Assembly (NCBI GenBank): GCA_002633005.1
Contig: NMRA01000560.1
Location: 1-64,000 of the forward strand
Direction: 5' to 3'
Length of the DNA stretch: 64,000 bases
Source: Phoronis australis
Lineage: Eukaryota; Animalia; Phoronida
Shown here: positions 52,889 through 64,000 of the stretch, one piece after another
Numbering within the stretch: position 1 is the first letter of the stretch
Layout: every line of letters starts with the position of its first letter
Made by a program: the position numbers and the translations under genes
The notes under the pieces: model-generated
Database searches by the model: none
Told to the model about the DNA's origin: nothing
What the model saw: only the letters and a program-made list of their open reading frames with translations

Positions 52889-53569
52889 CTGCCAACAAGA
52901 ACTGGAGGATTTTCGAGATTGTTCTAAAACCTCCTCAACCTCCTCGACCTCCATAGCCCACGACCCTCTCGACCTACGACCCACAACCCCTTCGACCCAC
53001 GACCCCGTAGACCCACGAACCACTACCCCCTCTACCCAGTCTACAAAAGCTAGACTCGATATGAACGAACAGTAGAACAAGCGCTAACTTGCAGGACCAA
53101 TGAAATGGGCTGTGATCTCGGCTGACTCTTCCCTGGTGTTTTTGCAATTAAGAGAGTTGAAGTTTGAAAGCCAAAAACAGAAAAAAGCAACTCGACCAAA
53201 TCAAATCAAAGACCTACCAACGTTACAAATGTCTTTCCCGGCAGAATGTGATCGTCGGGTCCGCTCTTCAGTGAATGGCAGATTCAACCTTTTGTGCGGA
53301 GAATGCGAGAAACCAACAAAACTGTAATTTAATCAGTAAATATAGTTTGAAAAAACAAACTGTTAACTAAAAAGTATTTCATCGTTTTACGTAGTAAAAA
53401 TTACCTGAAACACTGTTGTTGTGTGCTGTTTCTCCAAGTGCTGTCATCAACTAGAATGCATCCTCATCGATAATTTCGACCCCTAATCTAGAATCATCTC
53501 GGATGCCAGGTCCCCGAAGTTGATCAGGCTTCGGTCATCACTTGGAGTGCCACCTGTTGTCTCGCTGTT

Positions 53570-54296
53570 GCTTCCCTTCTGCACTGATGGGTTGATGTAA
53601 CTGTTCTCCAACAAATATGTCGTTAGCCTGTCTGCCAGCACAGCGCAAGCGACTTTCCCCTCCACATCCAATAACGAGATAGGACCGAAGTCACCAATCA
53701 TCACAGAGCCTTTGCCTTTTGGAATGTACACCCCTTCCGCCTTTCCCCATCTCCAAGGCAACTCCTTCGAGCGCTAAATCACTCTCAACAGCTTCCAAAG
53801 GCGGTGTAATAACCTTGGACACTTCTTATAAACTATATACGGTAGCCCGGATGGGCCTGGAGGTGATCCCGACTTGGCGTGCATGACCACCTTCCTGACA
53901 TCACAGAACTTAAAATCGCCAACCTCTGAAGGTACACTCGGAAATTCCTCTTCATCCATCCAGTCAAAATCTCCCAAAGGTTCCTCGCACCGACTGTCAC
54001 TGTGAACCTCCTCCAGATGTCTTTCCAGGTCGTCCTCTGAGCGTCTGAGCTGCCCACTTGTCTCTTTCCCTAAAAAGCTCCTTCGTGAACTTGTATGGAT
54101 TGGACAGAAATCTCTTCCTCTTCCGGATCTTCTCTGACTTCCTCTGTCTAAGCTGCTCTGTCTTGCACAAAGATAAAGTTTTACACATCAGTTCCTGTCT
54201 TAAATGGGCCAAGCATCTCCTTTCATGACCTTCAGCTCTCTTCCACTGCCTCTTAAGGTCTCTCAACTCCACCAGGATCTCCTTGATCTCCGTCTG
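53570..54296 (-). mobile_element. HERO-like (R2 superfamily) non-LTR RT fragment
   Basis: F.SNPYKFTKEL, SPPGPSGLPYIVYKKCPRLLHRLWKLLRVI, AEGVYIPK..PISLLDVEGK..LTTYLLENSYINPSVQKG. Confidence 0.8.
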
Positions 54297-57200
54297 AAAC
54301 TGAAACAATTTCTGTCTCATTAGATACAATTTGTAATGCCTTTGCAGTATTCGTGAGTGCAAATGTTGTGAAGCCAGCAATGAATAAACCACTGCGTTAC
54401 CGGTTTTTGATGCCGGCAACAAAGGTAATTGACCGGGCACTGCGACCATGTGAGCGCATCCTAATTCAGTGTATGCTGACAGAAAGCTGTTGTGAAACAA
54501 CTACTCGATTTTTTATGATATGGTCACATGTTAGGGGAATCTTTATTTAGAAACGCAAATACATTATTCAAATCATTGTTACTGTACAACCTTTATAATA
54601 ATAAACGTTATTTAAAGAGGATAAAAATACAATAAATGTGAAACTTGCTTTAGCCAAAGGCATGGTCCTCTGCAGCAAGAAATTAAATTAATTAAATTAA
54701 GTTAGATAAACAGATAAAACAGATTAAATTAAGATGCATTAAGATACATTAAATAAAATAAAATAATACTTACAAATTGGATTAACAAATTGAATTAAAG
54801 ATAAATAAATAAATAACAATTTTTGGTAAATATATTGGAAAGACAAGAAGGAGAGACATCTATGACGACCACAGGTGACTGATGAGGTGGTGTCTGAAAT
54901 TATCATAACAATCAGTATCCTTAAGATTATTAGGCAAATTGTTCCACTGTTTGATGGTCTGAATAAAGAAGGACTTAGAATAAAACGATGTTTTGTGTCT
55001 GGGCAAAACCAAATTGTTTGAGGCAGAAAATCTTGTCCTGATCTGGTGGCTATTTCGAACAAGTAAGAGATTATGAGAGAGATAAGTCGGTACATTACCG
55101 TGAAAGCACCTATGCATCATACACAGACGCCTATATATGAAATATTTGTCAATAGGGAGCCAGCCCAGTCTATTAAACATATGAGTTGACGGAGTGTCAA
55201 AAGGCACACCTAGAACAAGTCTGGCCGCCTGCTTTTGAGCCTTCAATAAAGAGGAAACTAATTTTGGATTCCATCCTGACCACAATGTACTACAATAAAT
55301 AAACAGAGGAAATACACAAGCGCTGAAATATTGCAGACGCCCTTCTGTGGGAAGAAATGGTGATATACGCCGGAGAGGACCAAGGCGCTGCCTAATTTTG
55401 GACACAGTCCCATTTATATGGCTAGACCAGCTGAGGGTCTTGTCTACAGTAACACCTAATAACTTTTCACTGTCAACATATTTTAGGCGTACATTGGAAA
55501 CAGAAAGGTTAAGCTCTAGATTACTTCTACTATGCCGTTGCTCTGTGGCAATACTCGTACATTTTGTTTTTTTCAGCATTAATTACCATTTTATTATCAG
55601 TACACCAGGTAGCAACCTAATCCAGATTAGACTGGAGTCTGTCCTTTACAGCGATTAGCGAGTTTGCCACAACAGACAAAGTAGTATCATCTGCATACGT
55701 GTCAACCGTGTTTTCGCAGACTAAAGGGAGATCATTTATAAAAAGTAAAAACAGCAGAGGTCCCAGGATGGATCCCTGGGGAACACCGTGTGTGATACCT
55801 CGGGACTCAGACAGATGTCCACCAAGGGATACAACCTGGCACCTCTCTGAGAGATATGATTTAAACCAGTCTAGGGAGACCTTGCCCACCTTGTAAATTG
55901 ACAATTTGCTTAGAAGTATATTGTGATCAACGAGATCAAAAGCTTTAAAATCCAAAAATACTACACCAACGTTGTGACCACTATCTACACCCTGAGGCCA
56001 GCCGTTAACAATATTAATGAGGAAAGTTTCACAGGAGTGGTCACTTCTGAAACCGGACTAAGAGGCAGGTACTAAATCATGTTCAGTCAAAAATGAATAA
56101 AAGGTATTGCGAACATGCTTTTCCAAATATTTAGACAAGACCGGTAAAATTGAAATTGGTCTGTAATTGTTTACATTGTCACTAGCACCGCTTTTGTGTA
56201 AAGGGGATACTTTTGCAAGTTTCCACAAACTAGGAAACTTGGAAGTTTTAATGCTATGGTTCAAAAGATAGGTGATGGAAGGTGTCAGCTCCTCATGAGC
56301 TAGTTTCAAAACTTTGGAACTGACATCATCCATTCCAGTGGCCTTATTAAGATTAAGACCATTTAAGAACTTATTTACAAATTCCATATTTACCAGAGGA
56401 ATATCATAACCAATGTCACTTTCAACTCTGGAACTAACAAAGCCAATCAAATCTTTATGAGTGGCGTGTGTATCTTTAAGATCACGAGTAAGTTTGCTAG
56501 CTATGTCAGTAAAAAATTTGTTAAAATTATTGGCAATCTGAAATTTATCATGAACACACTTCTCATCAATCTTTAACATGGCAGGTGATGAGAATTTTTC
56601 TTTAGGAGCAACTTGTCTGTTGACTTTCCATAACACTTTGAAATTAAAGGGATTACTACTGATCAGTGAAGAGTAATAGTCACTCTTAGCCTTTTTAATC
56701 ATTGTTACGATACGATTTCGCTCTGATTTGTAGCCCTCATAATTTCCGCACTTACGTAAACTGTCCCTGAGCTTTATAGCTTCAAAAATGTCATCACTGA
56801 ACCATTCAGGCTGACATAATCTCTTCACACGTCTAGTTTTCCATGGAGCATGTTCGTCTAAAATACTGTTAAATAACTTGTACCATACATCAAGAACATC
56901 ATCAATGTCATCATAGGCTTCGATGACTGTCCATGGAGCAAGAGCGAGATCCGATTTGAAGGCCTGGTCATCAAAGTTTTTAAACGATTTATAGGTCACA
57001 CACTCATGATGAAATTTGGTGCCAAAATGCCTTTTCCTGGCTATGCATACAGGGTAGTGATCACTTAACCCATTTTTACCACTTTTGCTTATCTCACAAA
57101 CTCCGGAGCAGAAACATAAACATGATCAATCAGTGAGGCAGAGTCTGACACACGTGTAGGCTCCGTTACCACCTGATGGAGATTCAAACCTTGAATCACA

Positions 57201-58745
57201 TCTTTGAGGGGTTTTGAAATTTCATCGTTCCAATCAACATTAAGATCACCAGCGATAACCACCCCATAGCCACACCTGCTAACCACAGACTCAAAGCTTT
57301 CAAGCCAATTTGTCTGAACAGGGGGTCTGTAGAAATTGAGAACAATTAAAAGACTGACATCCTTAAAATTCAGTTGAACACACAGAAGTTCCTAATCGTT
57401 TAACTCTAAGTCGTGTCTTTTAATGTAGGTAAGGCTGCTTCTGACATACGTGCATACGCCACCATAACGAGTACCGTTTTGTCTGTCTAGGCGTTCCACA
57501 GTGTAACCACAGATTCCAATTTCTTCGTTTGCAATGTCGCAAGATAGCCAAGTCTCTTGGAGACGGATAACATCCAGGGACCAATTGTTTATATTAACAG
57601 CAACTTTCGGTAATTTATCATAAAGACTTCTAACATTCCACGAGCATAGTTTCAGACCACTGGGTAGTCGAAGATTCAGGTTTGGGGCAGACATGATGTA
57701 CACGCTGGTCACGACTAATACAAGAAAAGACAGTATATCTTCAGAAGCCATTAAAGTCATAAAACGGTCCCACAAGCACAGGCAGACGCCATATTGGATA
57801 AAAACGAGTGGGTGTTGACCGCAACTAAAACTGGACTAACAAGCCAGAAATAATCAAAATGAGATCCATATGAACAGATCTTCTGAAGTCGTGAGAATTA
57901 TTGTATCGTCTCAAATGTGCTGTATAGGTCCCTTGAAAACTTTATAAATTATAAAAATTCAGCAGCTCCGATCCTGTTGGCCTTGACGGTCTGTGAAAAG
58001 GGGAACCCGACTTCGCAGCTCCCGACAAGTAAGTAGATTTTCAGTTTCGTGGCTAATTCACATAAATAATTACGTGCACATTATTTCTTTGGCCCACTAT
58101 TATAGTCTTTTTGTGACTGGAGGTTTAGTTTCCAAATCAAGCTGGTTTATTTTCATGCCAGTCCCGGCGGCCGCGACGGGCCTGATCGGGTTCGGAGCCT
58201 CTGGCCAGGATAACGAGTCAGTCCGGCCGCGACAGGCCTGATCAGGTTCCGAGCCACAGGCCGGGATAACGCGCATTTTGTGTGTTTAGAACTCAAAAAT
58301 CACAAGTATAAACAACACTGATCTAGGTTCTCCTGTCTGTATTTCACGGAAGAATACTTCGAATTTATCCCCGAACAGACCCCAAACTGCTGCTACGGAC
58401 CTTGGTAGATTGGCCTGCCGAACTTTGTAGGCTACGGTGTTTCCAAATACCAATAAATCAGTAACAGCGAAATAAAACAACACATCTTTATAAGAACTCG
58501 GTGTATTTTTAAGGGTTTTATATCGAAGGTTGATGATCTATAACGGTGAATTCAAGCGATAAGCTGACACCAGTTACCCGTGTTGTGAACTGCAGAATAG
58601 ACTGCGTGTGAAACCAATGACGTAATTGGATAATTTCAACACCTCCATCTGGTGTTAGGTAACGCAACCGAATGTGCCGTTATCGAGTAGAACTACTCGA
58701 TCTAGATTGATACGAAATAGGTTGTTTTTTGGGTGGACTTCTCCT
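54297..58745. mobile_element. Family X copy 2 (Kolobok-like right end) split by a LINE
   Basis: Both halves match 21231-22240. It ends GGTGGACTTCTCCT-TTAA. Confidence 0.65.
54595..57980 (-). mobile_element. CR1/L2-group LINE, near-complete ORF2 (APE + RT) with a few lesions
   Basis: WNVRSL, QETWL, GGV, GDLN, LIDHV, NYRPISILPVLSKYLEK, GVPQGSILGPLLFLLFIND, YADD; (TAT)n-type 3' tail at 54595. Confidence 0.92.
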
Positions 58746-58859
58746 TTAAGGGCTTAACAAAAACAATACTGTCTTCCTGGCTCAGTGACAAAAATTCGAA
58801 TATTAGAGTTGCGCTAATCCTACTACATACAAGTAATCCGGAAGTACTAAATCTGATAA

Positions 58860-59510
58860 AAATAAGAAAGCCTGTAGATCAATGAGTGATGTATCATTAA
58901 TTCGTTATATGATGATAAAACCGATCTCACAGAATAAATGGATTGATGAGGTGAGTAATAAATTAAATATAAGTTCAAAAACAGTGGACTTAAATGTTTT
59001 TTTTCTATATGTTAAATTGAGATGGTTCCAGTATCGAACAGATCACAGAATATTAGGTACAAATTCGTATCTTTATAAAATAGGAGTCTCGGAGTTTTCT
59101 GGTTTTACATTTTGTAATCGAGCCTGGAAAATTTGATGCAATTATTTGTGCATTGTAGCTACCCCAGAACCTTCTGAGAAGATGTTTTTCAATTTAACTT
59201 CAGAGATAGCGATGAAACAATAATGAATGCTACATACAATGTTCTTTATATAATTTAGAGATATTCACGTACAAACTTAATTTCACCGTCAAAGATTTGG
59301 GGGGGGGGGCTTTACCATCCATAAGTGCTTTTGTGAATATTTATTATCTCGCAGAAAAATAATTCAACGAAACAGGGAGTTTGATATATTTAAAAATAGG
59401 CTAAAATTTGTTCACGTTATTGAATATAAAGCGACCATTGAGTGAGTGCCTGCGTTTATGTGTCCATTGTGATCACAATTTAGTGTTTCTAATTGATAAT
59501 AAATGTATAA
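58860..59510 (+). mobile_element. Tx1/L1-clade LINE 3' end (zinc-binding C-terminus)
   Basis: KLRWFQYRTDHRILGTNSYLYKIG..TFC; AATAAA near 59498. Confidence 0.7.
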
Positions 59511-59740
59511 AAATCTACTCAAGGAGACCCCAGTAGTGCCTCAGCAGATGAGAAACAAATAAAGGATTCTCATGATGTTGTGTTCGCAGCCTTTGATAGT
59601 ACTTAGGTTATTTCGGGCCGGGTCATTGCCTGATGTGCAGAGATTTCTGAACAACAAACAATTGATATGCTACACGATTCTGGTTGCGCCGGAATCATTG
59701 TTATGGTTAAACTTCTTTATAGGTCCCAGACTACTGCTAA

Positions 59741-59884
59741 CAGTGGCGGATTTAAGGGGGGGCATGCCCCCTCTAATTTTTCCAGATTCCATTTGGCAGT
59801 GCGGGGGTGCTAATTTCTGAAGGGCAAAATCCTGGCTAATACTCTGCCCTGACCCCCTAACTCAAAATCCTGAATCCGCTCCTA
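59741..59884 (-). mobile_element. hAT-like MITE copy 3, short
   Basis: CAGTGGCGGATTTA...ATCCGCTCCTA, reverse complement of the 28708/52591 family. Confidence 0.7.
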
Positions 59885-60424
59885 CCTGGGTGAAGGTCGC
59901 TAAAGTTACTGGAATACCACGTATATCTTATCACAAAGAAGGTGATATTGTGGTTTGTTCACCTTATTCTGTAGGCACCGTTGGAGCTGTGCATGTTCAC
60001 ATTCCAGTGAGTGACCAGTTACTTGGTAATGTAGATGGAACAAGGGCCTAGGTAATGCAAAATCTTATATGGGTCGACTGTGTCCGTTGAAATTACGACT
60101 AGGTGTCAGGCCATGTATTGACGAGTGTTTTAGTGGTTATAAGTGTAATTTTTTTAATTTCATGTTTTATGTACCATGACCCACTGCAGAGCTCCGCACG
60201 TGTTTGGTACCAGTGATACTAGCCCTACATACGTGATTAGTAAAGTGGCCGATCTGAAATATAAACATAAGCCCGACACACAGATATGCACGGGTACGAA
60301 GTATTAGCTTTTTAAGTCATTAATCAATTCGTGATGGAGAGCGAACGTATTCTGGCACATAACTGCTGGCAAATACATTTCGTAAGGTTATTGTTGGAAA
60401 ACTATATTTGTTTTTACCCAACAG

Positions 60425-60549
60425 AACGTTTGGCAAGAGAATGTGCGGCAGAAGGCGGAATACTCTGCGGTTCCTGTGTACCCCGGATAAATATCTGCGA
60501 TGGTGTGACAGACTGCCCCAACCGCATAGACGAGCTATCTTGTAAGTGA
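60425..60549 (+). CDS. Exon 8: LDL-receptor class A repeat 2 (terminal, or spliced after 60541)
   Basis: TTTTTACCCAACAG| acceptor; ECAAEGGILCGSCVPRINICDGVTDCPNRIDELSCK*. Confidence 0.85.
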
Positions 60550-60656
60550 TTTAAATGCAAGAAGTACAGCGATATAAACATTTATGTATAGTATAGCTCA
60601 TGGGGAAGGTACGGTGGCTGTAAGGGGACGGCATGGCAACTTTTTTCTATGTTTAT

Positions 60657-60858
60657 ATAGACTTATTAAGTCTATCGATAGACTTACTATCTCAATCGAT
60701 AGACTTAATTAGTAACTCTATCGATAGACTTACTAACTCTATCGGTAGACTTAGTAACTCTATCGATAGACTTACTAACTCTATCGATATACTTACTAAC
60801 TCTATCGATAGACTTACTAACTTTATCGATAGACTTAGTAACTCTGTCGATAGACTTA
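60657..60858. repeat. 21-bp minisatellite (TCTATCGATAGACTTACTAAC), 9-10 units
   Basis: Units read directly at 60674, 60695, 60720, 60741, 60762, 60783, 60804, 60825 and 60846. Confidence 0.95.
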
Positions 60859-63800
60859 CACAGCGACATGCGCAACGGTTCTTTAAACAGTTAAGTGATC
60901 TTGTATGACTGCCTTGATGTTTTATATCAATCATACCTCAAACAGGGGGTAGCTACGGATTAATAATCACTGGTCACCTGTCTCGGCATACATTATGCGG
61001 TTTTTGCTGGGGCCCAGGAACTCATATGTAGGCACCAAACAGACTTGTGAACTGTTGAATTTGTTTTTTAATTGATTAGACCAGCTTTTTATAATGTATA
61101 AGTTGGTTTGTTGTGTTGCGTATTGTTGAGTTCAATGTACATACTGCGAGTGGCGGTAACTGTAAGCAAGGATGGTGCGAGATGGATTTAAGTCGTTACA
61201 CGTACTCGTGAGATGACGATTTGTTGCTTTCAGAAGGTTAAGCCTATCGACATTAGCTTCCACGTTTGAAGGTGAGCTGATCATTGCGTCGACGTGCCAT
61301 GTTTTAACCGCCTATTTATCACAGGTGCAATCAGGTTGTGTGCAGTTACCAGTACAACAGTATTGATATTTTATGAGAATTGTTAATATTAGGTGATATG
61401 GAGTTGCCCTATATAAGAGTTTTATTTTTTTCTAAATAAATATTCAATAAATGCTATTTACGTTTCACTGCAAACATTCACATCTGATATTAAAATTGTA
61501 TAAACAACAAGTGTAGCATCGGAACTTAACTGTTTGAAGTCATCATGAGCAACTATTTAGTATAAGACCTCAAGAGAGAACGCTATAAAACACAATGAAT
61601 AAACGACAATAGACAAATTGAAATTAAATTAAAAGTATCTGGTGATACTAACTCGTCATGAGAGAAGAGTCCAAAAGTGATTGTCACTCGGACTTGACGT
61701 TTTATTGGACTCTTTTTTGAAAGTATGTCCTCCAAAGTAGCCGTTCATAACGTCTGGCTTCAACTCCAGATGGATCAATTGCATTCAAGTGTCATTCCAC
61801 GGATCCACCGACCACAGTACAGCCAACAAGCGGCAAGGTGGGGGGTCAGCCATTCAAAACTATGTTCAGACTAATAAATCACATTAGGGATGAGAGAAAT
61901 TGGGGAAGTATGACACCACAGAGTTTGGTGGTTTATGAGATACAATGGAAGTCTTTTGGGGGGCAAAATAAGGCAATTTCTTGATGCAAAATGAGTCATT
62001 TTTGATTACATTTTATACTGCAGCTTCTGCTTTAAACAGAATCGTTTCTGAATAATTTTGATATCACATGATAGGTTCATGACCTAATGTAAGCAAAAAA
62101 TTATACTAAATTTCCTCATCCAATTCATTGAATACCAAACTAATGCATAAAGTTGAATGATGACTGATCTGAAGTGCGAGTTTATCTATTTATCTGTCAC
62201 TGCCAGTCGCATCAAATATGGTAATTTTACACATTGGCGAGAGAAACAACTTTGAAAACTTTTGGGAAATGCACAAGGATGTAGCCAGATATTTAAGAAC
62301 CTTAAAAGTGAGGGAATGTGAATGTGTGCAGCAGGCGCTAGATTACCGTATTAGATTCACTTGCCCGAATCATAGTTACAACCCTCGACATATATTGCCG
62401 TCGTTAAAGACACTGAGTACATCCACTGCACACAAGAGGGGAAATCCGACAGAGGTTTGAAAAAATGACCAAAGACGTTCAGTCAAGGTTCAACGTCCTG
62501 CTTCATGCGAGCTCAGGTAGGAATCATCAAACTCCAGGGTCAGACCCTGAGGATTATTTTTAGAAGCACGCCGTCATTCATGCAAAAATACTTTTATTGA
62601 AATAGTGTGATTGCTTATAACTTGAGCGTTATTGCTTAATCATATCTTATTTCAAATGTATTGAAGTATATGCAGTGTATGTATACATTGACATAGAAAA
62701 AGGTAGTTATCATAACTTTTCATAATAATCACCGAATGTGTTTAAACATAATACATGACTTCTGCCCATGACGTTGACTTGAGGCACTGAAGGGACAATT
62801 TATCTGTTAACCACGTAAAAAACCCGATGTATTTCTGAATTTAGGGTGAACTAACAAAAATACTCAGTGACTGTTGTGTTGGTTCCACAATATCTATCAA
62901 GGATGTTGAACCTATGGTCTCCATGTCATACTTGTGCATGAACGATAGTGTATCCTGTGTATACAATGGATTACAAACACACAATTACACAAGTCAGATG
63001 TTTGTTTGGAGATCTGTTATGTTAAATGGTCAACCTTTTGTGCTCATCGTGAAGGTGGGCTCATGTGAAATGCAGAATGGTATTGCTCAACTTTTGGGGT
63101 CATATCACCTGCCATCTACTGTTTTGTTTTATGAAAAAACCAGGATGGCAATGAACTAGGGTTGGGAGATCTTGCTCAGTTGCATTTGGGATTTTAGATG
63201 GCTGTGCTAGAAATTGCATTGCAAATACATATACAGTGGCTGTTACTCAAGCACAATAGAGTAACTAACTCTATTAATACTTCGTTGTTTTTATTCGGTT
63301 GATCCCTATAGCCTGTGACTGTGAACACGCAGCAAAATATATTTCCAATACAGCTGATTGAATATAACTATGAATTTTTAGGAATATGCATAAACTGCCA
63401 GACAAAACCGACTGCCTTAATGAAATTTCAGAATGGGTCAAAAGAAAGGGAGTCAAATTTGGAGCCCATGGATACTGCAGTAACAGTAAGTACTTGTAAA
63501 AATCTGTAACAAGTTTAATTTCGTATTTGCCTAAAATCGGTCAATTCTTTTACGTTCCAATGTTATGAAGAGAAATGTAATGCACAACTCATGCCTTTCA
63601 CAATGAACGCTGACACAAAGGTAGTGCGGATAATTTAAATCGGTCTCAATATTTTCTACATGTGTCATAGTTCTGTTTTATACCTTTGTCCTACTGTCAG
63701 GTACATAGAAATTCATTTGGTAAATTCTTATACTCAAATCTGAATGACTTATTGGTGATGCCTTCACTTTAGCTTGGTATTCATTCTGAGCCGAAATGGC

Positions 63801-64000
63801 CACATTAAATTTAATATGTTTAATTTTTTCATTAATACAATTTTAGGAATCAGGGAAGGCTTATGATGAAGTGGCTTCTGCTGAAGTTGGAAACCTGTCG
63901 ATTATTAGTAAAGGTTGAGTATGGAAAAGTTCAAAACCAGCAAGAAGGTGCCATTCTGGACAACTAAGTGAGAGGAAAGAGAGAGGCCGAAAAGTCCACT

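Noticed and set aside
53997-54500. 167-aa ORF as a single protein
   Set aside because: Chimeric read-through from non-coding family X into the HERO fragment at 54296.
60633-60934. Heptad coiled-coil ORFs on both strands, or a CRISPR-like array
   Set aside because: A 21-bp tandem repeat without unique spacers; the open frames follow from the unit length being a multiple of 3, and the context is eukaryotic.

Overview
This is eukaryotic DNA, most likely from an invertebrate animal. It is AT-rich, has GT-AG introns and two N-gaps, and is packed with transposable elements, so most entries in the ORF track are noise. By hand splicing I recover one host gene on the + strand, 15851-60549, in 8 exons joined by phase-1 introns. 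It encodes an approximately 380-aa secreted protein: signal peptide, kringle, WSC, WSC, LDLa, LDLa. The N-terminal half is Kremen-like but there is no CUB or transmembrane segment. The introns and upstream DNA contain: three members of a TTAA-flanked Kolobok family (THAP-transposase plus a convergent KolX/P2X7-ballast-like gene); a degenerate ISL2EU/Harbinger element (THAP, SAP, YqaJ remnants); an Academ-like foldback carrying octamer arrays; two Helentron-associated (HINE) elements whose ~147-bp subunits each carry a CTCF-like motif; a Penelope 3' end with hammerhead ribozyme motifs; RTEX, Tx1/L1, HERO and CR1/L2-group LINE pieces, several nested; and many MITEs. Family assignments come from motif recognition by eye, not database searches, and TE boundaries without a stated TSD are approximate.
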